In this document: positions 20,387 to 27,489 of the stretch, in pieces
How the letters are laid out: each line of letters opens with the position of its first letter
Numbering within the stretch: position 1 is the first letter of the stretch
Origin: Gammaproteobacteria bacterium
GTDB taxonomy: Bacteria; Pseudomonadota; Gammaproteobacteria; Coxiellales; Coxiellaceae
Reading direction: 5' to 3'
NCBI GenBank assembly: GCA_022601255.1
Contig: JAHZIV010000038.1
Location: 16,959 to 80,958 of the forward strand
DNA length: 64,000 nt
Translations under genes and position numbers: made by a program
The notes under the pieces: generated by a model
Database searches by the model: none
What the model saw: the letters and a program-made list of their open reading frames with translations, nothing else
What the model was told of the DNA's origin: nothing

Positions 20387-20452
20387 AAGCAGATCATCCT
20401 GATGTTTGTGGTTAGGAGCGACTGCAACGCTAAAAATTATATCAGAGGTTCT

Positions 20453-20881
20453 ATGAACAATCGAGTCACGACAGCACCCACTGCCATGTTAGAGGCTGCT
20501 ACAACTATGCTTAAAAACGCGTATGCGCCATACTCTAATTTTCAAGTAGGCTGCTGCATCAAAGGTGCAGACGGCAAACTCTATACGGGTTGCAATGTAG
20601 AGAATGCTTCTTATTCGCTAACGCAATGTGCCGAGAGCGTCGCTATCGGTAGCATGGTTGCAAATGGTTGCACTAAGATCACAGCGGTGCTCGTTACCAC
20701 AAGTGGAGACTTACCCATTTGCCCCTGTGGCTCTTGTCGTCAACGCCTGTTGGAATTTTGCGAACCCGATACTCCCATCTACTCCTGTGCGACGCAAGCG
20801 ATTTGCAATCAATACCGTTTTGATGAGATGATGCCGTTCACTTTCAGCAAAACCAACTTGGATCACAATAAAAATGACTGA
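20453..20881 (+). CDS. cdd: Cytidine deaminase
   Basis: Zinc motifs CAESVAI and PCGSCRQ. Start at MNNRV chosen behind an agagg SD (the track ORF begins at 20402). Confidence 0.85.
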   Translation: MNNRVTTAPTAMLEAATTMLKNAYAPYSNFQVGCCIKGADGKLYTGCNVENASYSLTQCAESVAIGSMVANGCTKITAVLVTTSGDLPICPCGSCRQRLLEFCEPDTPIYSCATQAICNQYRFDEMMPFTFSKTNLDHNKND

Positions 20882-21692
20882 ACATGCACAACAAGCTGCT
20901 GCCTATATAGCTGCAAAAGCTCCTGGTTTTACACCGAAACTCGCTATCGTACTAGGCTCTGGTCTTGGCGTACTCGCGGAGCATATTGAAGACCCGATCG
21001 TCATTGCATACGAGCAACTGCCAGGCTTTCCAGGCTGCTCTGTATCGGGGCATGGTGGTAATTTATTCCTCGGAAAAATAAAAGGTGTGCCGGTTGCATG
21101 CATGCAGGGTCGCGCCCATTATTACGAAGGCGTCGATTACGATCAAATTAAAACACCGATGCGCACATTAAAATTATTAGGTTGCGATACTTTACTATCG
21201 ACCAATGCTTCAGGCTCACTACGCAAAGAGGTGACTCCTGGTAGTTTGGTATTGATTAACGACCACATTAATTTTCAATTTAACAATCCATTGGTAGGGG
21301 CCAACCAAGACGAATTTGGCCCGCGTTTTATTGGTATGGAGGATATCTACGATAAAGGCTTGCGTGAAAAAATAAAAGCGATCGCTCAAAGTCTCGATAT
21401 CAAAATAACGGAAGGCGTTTATTTCGGTGTATTAGGGCCCAGCTTTGAAACACCTGCAGAGATTCGCGCATTCCGCACGCTCGGTGGCGATGTGGTGGGC
21501 ATGTCTACCATTCCTGAAGTTATTGCAGCACATCATTGTGGCATGAAAATAGCCGTGATTGCTGCAATTAGCAATATGGCTGCCGGCATGAGCGATGAAA
21601 AACTATCACATGATGTCACCTTAAGTGGTGCAGCAAAGGCGACGGACGATCTCACGAAGATTGCCTTAGCTTTTATCGAGCAGGTTTCATAA
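20874..21692 (+). CDS. Purine nucleoside phosphorylase (trimeric PNP / inosine-guanosine-xanthosine phosphorylase family)
   Basis: LGSGLG, STNASGSL, GPSFETPAE and GMSTIPE motifs. Overlaps cdd by 8 nt. Confidence 0.85.
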   Translation: MTEHAQQAAAYIAAKAPGFTPKLAIVLGSGLGVLAEHIEDPIVIAYEQLPGFPGCSVSGHGGNLFLGKIKGVPVACMQGRAHYYEGVDYDQIKTPMRTLKLLGCDTLLSTNASGSLRKEVTPGSLVLINDHINFQFNNPLVGANQDEFGPRFIGMEDIYDKGLREKIKAIAQSLDIKITEGVYFGVLGPSFETPAEIRAFRTLGGDVVGMSTIPEVIAAHHCGMKIAVIAAISNMAAGMSDEKLSHDVTLSGAAKATDDLTKIALAFIEQVS

Positions 21693-22408
21693 TGCGTTTC
21701 ATTCCTTTCATTGACCTCACGAGCCTCAGTAACAATGATGATGTAGACAGCACCGAGGCACTTTGCAAAAAGGCCGTTACGCCGAAAGGCGATGTGGCTG
21801 CTGTCTGTGTTTACCCACAGTTTGTTGCTACCGCCCGACAATGCTTAGAAGATACCGGCGTTAAAGTGGCAACTGTTGCTAACTTCCCATCGGGTCGCAT
21901 GAGTGTAAAGCAAACCGTGCAACAAATTTCTACTGCCGTCAATGACGGCGCCGATGAAATTGACGTGGTGATGCCGTATTCACATTTCATGCAGGGGGAC
22001 AAAAGTTACGTATTTGATTTTTTAGATCACTGCCGCAAAAGCTGTCTCAATAAAACATTAAAAGTTATTTTAGAAACCAGTGAACTCATTCACTATGATA
22101 ATATTTTCGATGCTGCATCGATTGCTATTGAGAGCGGTGCCGATTTTATTAAAACATCAACAGGTAAATCCAAGTCAGGCATAACATTGGAAGCCGTCGA
22201 AGCCATGTTAGCTGCCATTCAGGTAAAACAAATTTCTGATAACCCCACGCGCTCCTCCGTAGGATTGAAAATTTCCGGGGGCATTCGCACCATCAGAGAT
22301 GTTGATATTTACTTTACCCTGGTGGCACATACCATGGGACCAGAATGGCTGACGCCAACAAACTTTCGAATTGGCGCCAGCAAATTATTGGATGCCATCC
22401 TCACATAA
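21692..22408 (+). CDS. deoC: Deoxyribose-phosphate aldolase
   Basis: Active-site Lys context ADFIKTSTGKS and C-terminal RIGAS. 1-nt overlap with the PNP stop. Confidence 0.85.
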   Translation: MRFIPFIDLTSLSNNDDVDSTEALCKKAVTPKGDVAAVCVYPQFVATARQCLEDTGVKVATVANFPSGRMSVKQTVQQISTAVNDGADEIDVVMPYSHFMQGDKSYVFDFLDHCRKSCLNKTLKVILETSELIHYDNIFDAASIAIESGADFIKTSTGKSKSGITLEAVEAMLAAIQVKQISDNPTRSSVGLKISGGIRTIRDVDIYFTLVAHTMGPEWLTPTNFRIGASKLLDAILT

Positions 22409-22608
22409 CCCATATATTTTCTCCTTAAATCAAAGAGTTCCAGAAACCGGGCGATGGTATTTGCATGGATTGTTTTATGTCTACATTGCCAGTATAATGT
22501 CTGGCACGCTAAGGTAATGCACGAATGGATCTGTCTTTTTTCTAGAGAGTTTCTGATAATCATTTCAATAGCATATTTTTATTAACTAAAACTTAAGAGG
22601 CTTTCTTA

Positions 22609-22995
22609 ATGACAAACAAAATCTACGTAGGCAATCTATCCTACGACTCTGGTGAAGAAGATCTAGAATCATTATTCAGTAAATATGGCACTATCGAACA
22701 AACAAAATTAATCATGGATCGCGAGACAGGGCGTTCTCGATGTTTTGGGTTTATTACATTTGCAGAAGAGTCATCTGCTAAAGAGGCTGTAGAGGGTGAA
22801 AACGGTAATGAGTTCCAAGGTCGCAATATTAAAGTGAGCGAAGCAATCGAAAGTGATCGTCGTGGTGGCGGTGGCGGCCGTGGTGGTCGTGGCGGCCGTA
22901 ATGGTGGCGGCGGCGGCGGTGGCCGCGGTGGTTTCGGCGGCGGTGGTAACCGTGGCGGTGGCGGCGGTGGTAACCGTGGCGGCAACAGCTGGTAA
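22609..22995 (+). CDS. RRM-domain RNA-binding protein with glycine/arginine-rich (RGG) tail
   Basis: RNP2 IYVGNL and RNP1 RCFGFITF. C-terminal GGGGRGGRGG...NRGGGGGGNRGG. Confidence 0.85.
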   Translation: MTNKIYVGNLSYDSGEEDLESLFSKYGTIEQTKLIMDRETGRSRCFGFITFAEESSAKEAVEGENGNEFQGRNIKVSEAIESDRRGGGGGRGGRGGRNGGGGGGGRGGFGGGGNRGGGGGGNRGGNSW

Positions 22996-23037
22996 TATTT
23001 TATTTATGCGAATCTTATTCGCATGATATCGATTAAA

Positions 23038-23065
23038 GGGGAGTGTGTGAGCACTCCCCTTTTTT
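23038..23065 (+). terminator. Rho-independent terminator after the RRM gene
   Basis: ggggagtg / cactcccc 8-bp stem, 6-nt loop, T6 tract. Confidence 0.7.
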
Positions 23066-23073
23066 ACATCAGC

Positions 23074-23102
23074 TTGACAAAAATAATTGGAATAAGTATA
23101 GT
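23074..23102 (+). promoter_or_regulatory. Near-consensus sigma70 promoter
   Basis: TTGACA (23074-23079), 17-nt spacer, TATAGT (23097-23102). Confidence 0.55.
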
Positions 23103-23108
23103 GACTGC

Positions 23109-23247
23109 TAGTTAGGATGTTTTGTGTTTCTGTCACTAGGAGCATAAGTTGTCTTGATTTAAACGCCGATTTGACTAATAGCTTGCGGGCGTTTGAAGTG
23201 CAGCTAAAGCGTAACAAAACCACCTGAAAACGCAGGTGGTTTTTTTA
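23109..23247 (+). ncRNA. About 140-nt non-coding transcript or leader ending in an intrinsic terminator 13 nt before the next start codon (attenuator/riboswitch-like, or a stand-alone sRNA)
   Basis: No ORF between promoter and terminator. Internal stem aaacgcc/ggcgttt. Terminator aaaccacctg-aaaacg-caggtggttt plus T7 (23217-23247). Confidence 0.4.
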
Positions 23248-23259
23248 TTGGTGGGTATT

Positions 23260-24132
23260 ATGGATTTCTTATCAACTGATAATTTGATGTTAAACAAAGA
23301 TGGCAGCATCTACCATCTCAATTTACTTCCAGAAGAACTTGCAGGCACTGTTATTTTCGTAGGCGACCCTGAGCGGGTTAATCTTGTATCCAAGCATTTT
23401 GATGATATCGAATTAAAAAAAGAGAAACGTGAGTTTGTAACTCATACGGGGCATTACAAAGGCAAGCGCATTTCGGTTATTTCCACTGGTATTGGTATGG
23501 ATAATATTGATATTGTCATGAATGAACTCGATGCACTGGTGAATATTGATTTGCAGACGCGTCAGGTGAAAACTGACTTAAAATCATTAGACATTATCAG
23601 GATAGGTACTTGTGGTGGTTTAACCGAATCTGTTTCTGTTGGCTCAACAGTTGCATCGAGCATGGCTATTTCTTTCGACACGTTGTTTCCATATTATCAA
23701 TATACCCGTAATAAAAATGAAGCTGCATTTTATGCGGTTGCGAAAAAGCATTTTGATTGCTTATCGTTTATTGAGACGTTGCATACACGACAAGCTGATC
23801 CAACTTTGCTGGATTTATTTTCTGCTGATGCAAGTGTGGGTTACACGATCACCTGCACTGGGTTTTATGGGCCGCAATATCGGCATTTGCGCATTCCGAT
23901 TATTAAGCACGATATTTTAACGTTGGCGCAGACGTTAGAGCATAGTGATCAACATGTTTTGAATTTTGAAATGGAAACAGCAGCGATTTATGGTTTTGGT
24001 CGTTTGATGGGGCATCGTTGTTGTTCGTTGAGCTGTGTGATGGCAAATAGAGTGACGGGTGACGTATTAAAACATTATGATCGAGCGATGAATGAATTGG
24101 TGGCTGCTAGTTTAGATAAAATAACTCAGTGA
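23260..24132 (+). CDS. Nucleoside phosphorylase, PNP_UDP_1 (uridine/purine phosphorylase) family
   Basis: VIFVGDPERV, ISTGIGMDN, RIGTCGG and NFEMETAAIY motifs. ATG 23260 chosen because the track start 23236 lies inside the terminator stem. Confidence 0.8.
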   Translation: MDFLSTDNLMLNKDGSIYHLNLLPEELAGTVIFVGDPERVNLVSKHFDDIELKKEKREFVTHTGHYKGKRISVISTGIGMDNIDIVMNELDALVNIDLQTRQVKTDLKSLDIIRIGTCGGLTESVSVGSTVASSMAISFDTLFPYYQYTRNKNEAAFYAVAKKHFDCLSFIETLHTRQADPTLLDLFSADASVGYTITCTGFYGPQYRHLRIPIIKHDILTLAQTLEHSDQHVLNFEMETAAIYGFGRLMGHRCCSLSCVMANRVTGDVLKHYDRAMNELVAASLDKITQ

Positions 24133-24222
24133 AAACACCTTAACTGTACATTTAAGCCAAGCTTTTATAAACTCTACTTATAGTGTATTATCCCTTTTTT
24201 ATTTTCCACGAGCACCTAAACG

Positions 24223-26034
24223 ATGTTAGATCTAAAGAAATTCTTATCCGCCCTTGAAACCAGTCGGCTAACCCACCTCTTCTCATACCTCGAGGGACGG
24301 GCCCCTGGTGACATAGAAGAGTTAGTTGGTTTATTACCTAAAATCTATGACACTGCAACAGGTGAATTTGATGCTGAGGGCTTGAAAGAATTTTATCGTA
24401 TATTAGAGCGCTATTTCGGCAATGTACATAAACGGCTGCACGAACAGCCAAAAGAAGCATCAGCAACAGAATTCTTTACCACTTTATCAGAGATAATAAC
24501 GCTTGCAAAAATGCTCCTGGATCTTAAGAAGGAAACAGTATCCGTTTTAGGCGATGTAGATTTATCCATTCTTAATATGATGGAAAAGGCCTTGCAAAAA
24601 GGTCTAACAGAATCACTGTCTCCAAAACTTTGTTATGACGCCCTTAAGTCTGTAACTAGAGCCCGTGCGGAATCAAATGATTTCTATCGAGCTTTGTTAT
24701 TAGGGCTGACATTAAAACCTAAAGATAAAGACGATCGTTTTGAGTTAGGCGATTATAACTTTTCAGACCTCTTGCCAGTAGGCACAAGAGCAGTGAAACG
24801 CATGCAGCATGACGATGACTCCTCCAGCGATTCAGATGAAGATGACACTGCCCCCATTCCAGCCACCGTGTTTGACCCCGCACTCAACTTGTCTGCTGAA
24901 GAAGAGCTAGTGCTAATAGGGTTAGAAGCCACACTTTCTGCAGCTAGCAAGCACAGCAGGGAGTATTGTTTAGAGAAGCTACCAAGAAAGTTTCAGCCTG
25001 TTGCTTTAAAGCTATTAAATAGAGTAAGCCATAAGCCAGCAGAGCGGGAAGCTAAAAGGCACATACGATTATTAGGGGCTCTCTTTCTTAATAGCGGACA
25101 AATTACAAGTGCATTAAACGTTTTCCAAGTTCGGGGGGCAGGAGGTAACGGGGCAGACTTGGCTCAACAATGGCGGCAGCATTGTGAAACATCACTCAGA
25201 AAAATTTACGAACGAACTGCATCAGTCGAGCAAAACATTATGTGGTTCATTGCAGCCTATACGGCAGATAGCGACTTGAGTAGAGAGGCACTGATGGATG
25301 ATGCCCACGCTTACAAACGGGTGGCTGACCAAATAATAGAATGGCGAAGCACTAATACGCCTGACACTGCACTTGATGACTCATTAGATGAAATAGATAT
25401 ATTCGATATTTGCGTTTTCCCATACTTATTGCTTGACGGCATCAGAAGAATGCAAACAACCCCAGAATATGTTTTTCCTAAGGATCTTTTTTGTTTAGCA
25501 ATGCAATCATCGTATCGTTTAAGCTTGCATGCGGATGCAGAAGTCACTTTTTCTAGATTTCTCCCCATGGAAATTTCCTTAAATTCTGATTTACTCGAAT
25601 TAATATTTACAAGAACGTTTCAAAGTAATTTTGACGCTTTGATGGCGTCTGTCATTCATGGCATGAACGCTTATCCTGATCGAGAAGATTCGTCAGAACT
25701 ATTTGAAACAACCCAAGATTTACATGAAGCAAAAATGTTATTCCGCTTATTTTTCTCGACGGAAGGAAAGCGGTTAACTGTTTTTGATGCTTTTTTTGAT
25801 CTTTTAGAAACGAGAAAACGCGAAATTCTATTAAGTAATTTAGAACAATTAAACGCTGGCCTGTCAGAATACAAAGAAAGCTTAGGCCGGGCTGGAGCTG
25901 ATAGTGCTGCTGAAGCAACTAAGCTTGGAGCGTTAATTGCAGCACAAAGTGCGTTATGGACCGTTGCTAGTGGTTCAGATGAAGTGACTAATAATACTGA
26001 CGTTGCTTTACCAGGGCCTGCTCCAAGTCAGTAG
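24223..26034 (+). CDS. Orphan 603-aa protein, no recognisable domain (candidate effector)
   Basis: Long clean ORF. Acidic Ser/Asp cluster HDDDSSSDSDEDD (nt 24808-24846). No TM or signal peptide. Confidence 0.65.
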   Translation: MLDLKKFLSALETSRLTHLFSYLEGRAPGDIEELVGLLPKIYDTATGEFDAEGLKEFYRILERYFGNVHKRLHEQPKEASATEFFTTLSEIITLAKMLLDLKKETVSVLGDVDLSILNMMEKALQKGLTESLSPKLCYDALKSVTRARAESNDFYRALLLGLTLKPKDKDDRFELGDYNFSDLLPVGTRAVKRMQHDDDSSSDSDEDDTAPIPATVFDPALNLSAEEELVLIGLEATLSAASKHSREYCLEKLPRKFQPVALKLLNRVSHKPAEREAKRHIRLLGALFLNSGQITSALNVFQVRGAGGNGADLAQQWRQHCETSLRKIYERTASVEQNIMWFIAAYTADSDLSREALMDDAHAYKRVADQIIEWRSTNTPDTALDDSLDEIDIFDICVFPYLLLDGIRRMQTTPEYVFPKDLFCLAMQSSYRLSLHADAEVTFSRFLPMEISLNSDLLELIFTRTFQSNFDALMASVIHGMNAYPDREDSSELFETTQDLHEAKMLFRLFFSTEGKRLTVFDAFFDLLETRKREILLSNLEQLNAGLSEYKESLGRAGADSAAEATKLGALIAAQSALWTVASGSDEVTNNTDVALPGPAPSQ

Positions 26035-26065
26035 GGAAACGACTCGTTAACACATGCTGCTCATT

Positions 26066-26163
26066 GTCATTGCGAGCGCTAAGCCGTCATTGCGAGCGCA
26101 GCGAAGCAATCAATACAGTCAGACATCTACTCTCTAGATTGCTTCGCTACGCTCGCAATGACA
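26066..26163. repeat. Tandem plus inverted copies of a gtcattgcgagcgc-type repeat
   Basis: gtcattgcgagcgc at 26066 and 26086. The 26-nt gtcattgcgagcgcagcgaagcaatc (26086-26111) recurs inverted at 26138-26163 with 1 mismatch and a 26-nt spacer. Confidence 0.75.
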
Positions 26164-26196
26164 GAGGTGCCACTGTTCGCAATGACGAAAAGCAGC

Positions 26197-26382
26197 ACAG
26201 ATAAAAAGATTGTAACGAGGGCGGATTAAAAGCAGATGTATTAGCATAGCCTGCTTTTTAGCTGTGATGACATTTTGGAGGATAATGTGAGCGAGCAGCG
26301 CAGTGTATACATCAATACATGAGCAGCACAGCAAGCATTATCATTCAAAAGAGCTTACAGATAAAAAGATTGTAACGAGGGC
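26197..26382. repeat. Perfect 26-bp direct repeat pair spaced 160 bp
   Basis: acagataaaaagattgtaacgagggc at 26197-26222 and 26357-26382. Confidence 0.75.
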
Positions 26383-26395
26383 TCAAAAGTTAGAT

Positions 26396-26586
26396 ATAAA
26401 AAAGGGGTGATGTTACTCACCCCACTGCTAAGTTGGCAATCCATACCAAAGCCCTATCCGTAGACTTTCTCGATCCGTGAGAAAACCGGTTCCCTAGTGG
26501 CCTAATAAGTCCGTCCGAAAACGTACTCGCTTATCCATAAACTATGCGGGATACTCTAAGCACTTTTACTATCCCACACAACAATA
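26396..26586 (-). ncRNA. Candidate ~190-nt sRNA, GGA-rich (possible CsrA-titrating Rsm/Csr-type RNA)
   Basis: Minus-strand promoter TTGATC (26615-26620), 16 nt, TATAAA (26593-26598). Terminator ggggtga/tcacccc plus T5 (26396-26422). 8 GGA triplets, two of them in hairpin loops (26466-26482 and 26432-26448). No ORF with an SD. Confidence 0.4.
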
Positions 26587-26821
26587 AAATCCTTTATATA
26601 ATAACAACTTACGTGATCAAAGCCGATGCAGCTAAATAATTTTTATATTATTATCAATAGGTTACGCTCGCGACCTCTGAGCTAGTTACTTTTGGAACAC
26701 ATTAAAGTTCATCTTCACTTACGCACATTAAGGAGATATCCTACATCTATCCTCTCTTTAAGGGTGTATTTAGGCTGTTTAAACCAGTTTTTAGTTTATA
26801 CAAAATAATTAAGGGATTGTT

Positions 26822-27472
26822 ATGAAGAAAATTGCGCTAATTTTATCAGGCTGCGGTGTGTTTGATGGCAGCGAAATTCACGAAACTGTGTCCGCAATGA
26901 TTGCTATTACGCGCGAGGGTGCGCAGTATTATTGTCTTGCACCAAACATCTCACAATACAAAGTCACGAATCATGTGACACAAGAAGACATGAATGAAAC
27001 TCGCAATGTATTGATCGAATCGGCACGCATTGCGCGCGGCGACATTAAAGATATTACAAAAGCCAATATCGATGATTACGATGCGGCTTTTTACCCTGGC
27101 GGTTTTGGTGCTGCAGTTAACTTAAGTGATTTTGCTGTTAAAGGCGCTGATATGACCGTACAAACAGATGTTCTAGCATTTGCAAAAGCGATGGCAGCTG
27201 CAGGTAAGCCACAAGGATTTTGTTGCATCGCCCCTGCTTTGGTTTCAAAAATATATGGTGCCGGTGTAACACATACGATCGGCAGTGACCCTGAAACAGC
27301 AGCAGTAATCGAAGCAATGGGCGGCAAACATAAAACATGCAGTGTCACAGAAGCTGTTGTCGATAAACAACATAAGGTCGTCACAACACCTGCCTACATG
27401 CTTGCACAAAACATTGGAGAAACTGCCGATGGTGTTGCAGCGGCAATTCATGAGTTGGTAGCAATCAGTTAA
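26822..27472 (+). CDS. elbB: ElbB-type DJ-1/PfpI family protein (glyoxalase / isoprenoid biosynthesis protein ElbB)
   Basis: MKKIALILSGCGVFDGSEIHE N-terminus and the CIAP nucleophile-elbow context typical of ElbB. Confidence 0.8.
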   Translation: MKKIALILSGCGVFDGSEIHETVSAMIAITREGAQYYCLAPNISQYKVTNHVTQEDMNETRNVLIESARIARGDIKDITKANIDDYDAAFYPGGFGAAVNLSDFAVKGADMTVQTDVLAFAKAMAAAGKPQGFCCIAPALVSKIYGAGVTHTIGSDPETAAVIEAMGGKHKTCSVTEAVVDKQHKVVTTPAYMLAQNIGETADGVAAAIHELVAIS

Positions 27473-27489
27473 AACCAGGAAGCGTTAAA

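Noticed and set aside
23109-23216. Purine/2'-dG riboswitch upstream of the nucleoside phosphorylase
   Set aside because: The conserved purine-riboswitch loop and junction sequences are not present by eye, so the leader is kept only as an unclassified candidate.
22641-23223. Two minus-strand ORFs (114 aa and 150 aa), poly-Pro and Ala/Thr-rich, opposite the RRM gene tail
   Set aside because: They are the antisense reading of the GGN-repeat tract that encodes the RGG tail. Low complexity, no SD, and they overlap a well-supported gene and two terminators.
26066-26163. Possible CRISPR array because of closely spaced identical repeats
   Set aside because: There are only two direct copies 20 nt apart plus one inverted copy. 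There is no regular repeat-spacer periodicity and no cas genes in the window.
26134-26334. 66-aa minus-strand ORF ending ...HCERSEAI
   Set aside because: It is encoded by the gtcattgcgagcg repeat and the surrounding repeats, so it is a typical repeat-derived pseudo-ORF.
26440-26480. RNase P RNA-like motif (gagaaagtc resembles GAGGAAAGUCC) within the sRNA candidate
   Set aside because: Only about 70 nt remain to the terminator, the transcript is about 190 nt, and the other universally conserved RNase P regions are absent.
26587-26700. GacA/LetA-type palindromic box upstream of the GGA-rich sRNA
   Set aside because: Only a half-site-like GTAAG overlapping the -35/-10 spacer was seen. I could find no palindrome at the expected upstream distance.
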